DNA of 63,760 nt, counting the filler, from Aduncisulcus paluster (Eukaryota), in assembly GCA_024181965.1 (NCBI GenBank). It is 24 parts of 24 records of this genome, joined end to end, with 100 filler letters (N's around TTAATTAATTAA, not from the genome) between each part and the next. Parts side by side here need not be neighbours in the genome. Positions count along the whole stretch, not along the records: positions 61,292 to 62,539 come from BQXS01000745.1; positions 62,640 to 63,760 come from BQXS01000747.1; 22 more parts are not named here. One strand, 5' to 3'. Shown piece by piece: positions 62,265-63,760 of this stretch. The translations under genes were made by a program, and so were the position numbers. The notes beneath the pieces were generated by a model. It was not told the DNA's origin, did no database searches, and saw nothing but the letters and a program-made list of their open reading frames with translations. Within the stretch, counting starts at the first letter, position 1; each line of letters opens with the position of its first letter.

Positions 62265-62539
62265 TTACTCTTTGTCAGAAAGGCGAGCAATTCCGGGGAG
62301 AACATGACCCTCAAGAACAGCAAGAGAAGCACCTCCACCGGTTGAGACATGGCTGAAACCGGAAAGACCATACTTCACTGCGGCAGTGGCACTGTCTCCA
62401 CCACCGACAACAGTGACAGTACCGTGCTTGGCGGTGGCCTCGATACAGGCCTTCATGATTCCACGGGTTCCGTGGGAGAAAGGCTCCATCTCAAACACAC
62501 CAGCGGGACCATTCCACACAACAGTCTTGGCGCTCTTAA
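62265..62539 (-). CDS. PGK: Phosphoglycerate kinase C-terminus, 5' partial
   Basis: [37 protein letters not shown]. Confidence 0.97.
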
Positions 62540-63760
62540 NNNNNNNNNNNNNNNNNNNNNNNNNNNNNNNNNNNNNNNNNNNNTTAATTAATTAANNNNN
62601 NNNNNNNNNNNNNNNNNNNNNNNNNNNNNNNNNNNNNNNCATTGAGAGATACCACAAAGGAAATAAAATTAAAATAAGATAAAAATAATACAATTCAGAA
62701 TAAATGGTGATAATAATATTTTGATGCTCTATTGTGGTGACCATCTTGTTTTCGTGAATCTCTAACATATTATTATTTATTATTTTGTTTTATTAATATT
62801 ATTTCTATTTTATTATTATTTATATTCTTAATTTATTATATTTATTATGTTCCTGTGCTAACGCTAAGGTACAATTTATTAAATAAAAATAAACAAGGTT
62901 CATCTATAAATAGGTATCTACAATTAGACGGTGAGAACAATAATAATAATAATAATGATAATAATTGTTAACTGAAGCAATTTATTAAATAAAGAATTGA
63001 ACAAGGTGATCCAAAAATAGAACACCTTGAGAAACAATGAAATAGTTATATTACATAACACTACCCCTTCTTTCCACAATGTTGCTTGACAACATTTGAA
63101 TAAAATGCACCCAACGGGGTTCATACCCATGGAAGCCTTCAATTTAAGGCACGCCTTAACCATTGAACCATGATCAGGTATTTTGATAAAATCGAATAAA
63201 CATATCGATCATTTTCAGAGATGTTCGACACTCCTCCATCACACGAATAAGACATAATAAAAATATTGTACTATTTTTCTTTCCAATGATTTGTTATACT
63301 CTTCTTATTTTTGCGCTTTAATCCGCCAACCTATTTCCTGCGTTGGTCAATCGGATTCGTGACAGATTTCTGTTATCCATGATGACTGAATTTTCTTAGC
63401 CCAATGGGGGGACCGATACAAAATAATAAATATATTTAATGTTAAAACCATGCTATTTCTAAATATTACATTTTAACAACCATCATTTTAGTCCTTCTAA
63501 GATTTTCGGAAATTCTCTGTTTTTGTCACCATTTTACATTAACATGCTATTTTCTTTCCTATTTTCTAACACTTATCTTATTAGTGTTATTTTTCTTAAC
63601 TAAGTCATGGTGCATCTCAACACCTTGACATTTTCATAATGAAACCATTATGCTCTACTCTTTCCCTCAGCGAGCCTCTTTCTGTTCCCTTGTTTTCTGG
63701 CCTTAAAACCCTGCCAAAATAACAAGATTTATAAACTGAAAAGTCGATTTTCGCTGTTAA

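Noticed and set aside
23905-62639. Recurrent TTAATTAATTAA motif as a biological repeat, and gene clusters spanning it (for example retroelement parts or phage next to host genes)
   Set aside because: The motif is an artificial six-frame-stop spacer embedded in Ns; neighbours across it are unrelated contigs.
62640-63760. Minus-strand coding-like stretch in the last contig
   Set aside because: Stops in all frames and no recognisable motif.

Overview
This window is not one locus. It is a concatenation of 24 contigs/scaffolds joined by 23 artificial 100-nt spacers (N44-TTAATTAATTAA-N44), so adjacency across spacers has no biological meaning. Most of the DNA comes from a compact, AT-rich, intron-poor eukaryote with cilia/flagella (CFAP57). 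It has short 5'-proximal GTATGT..AG introns and LRR/EGF surface proteins. My inference, unverified, is a free-living anaerobic metamonad (Carpediemonas-like fornicate such as Aduncisulcus). Recognisable eukaryotic genes: Pol alpha B subunit, an SPT16 lacking its N-terminal domain, a histidine phosphatase, Rpr2/RPP21, CFAP57, a likely SPC25, DDX6/Dhh1, Raptor, a nitroreductase, a likely RPA1 N-terminus, PGK, an FKBP pseudogene and the 3' end of the LSU rRNA. Pieces of Ty3/Gypsy and RLE-type non-LTR retrotransposons are also present. Bacterial or phage contigs are mixed in: Campylobacterota-like leuA and pnp, a GC-rich EthD/PucR pair, and a phage terminase region. Four tandem duplications around 20-N gaps are assembly artefacts. 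The best candidate for novelty is a ~1170-aa eukaryotic type II membrane protein (7916-11423). It carries two His-rich repeats resembling phage tail-fibre metal-binding motifs and NHL-like propeller motifs, and its frame is broken at an (AG)6 microsatellite. All family assignments come from motif recognition by eye; no database searches were run.
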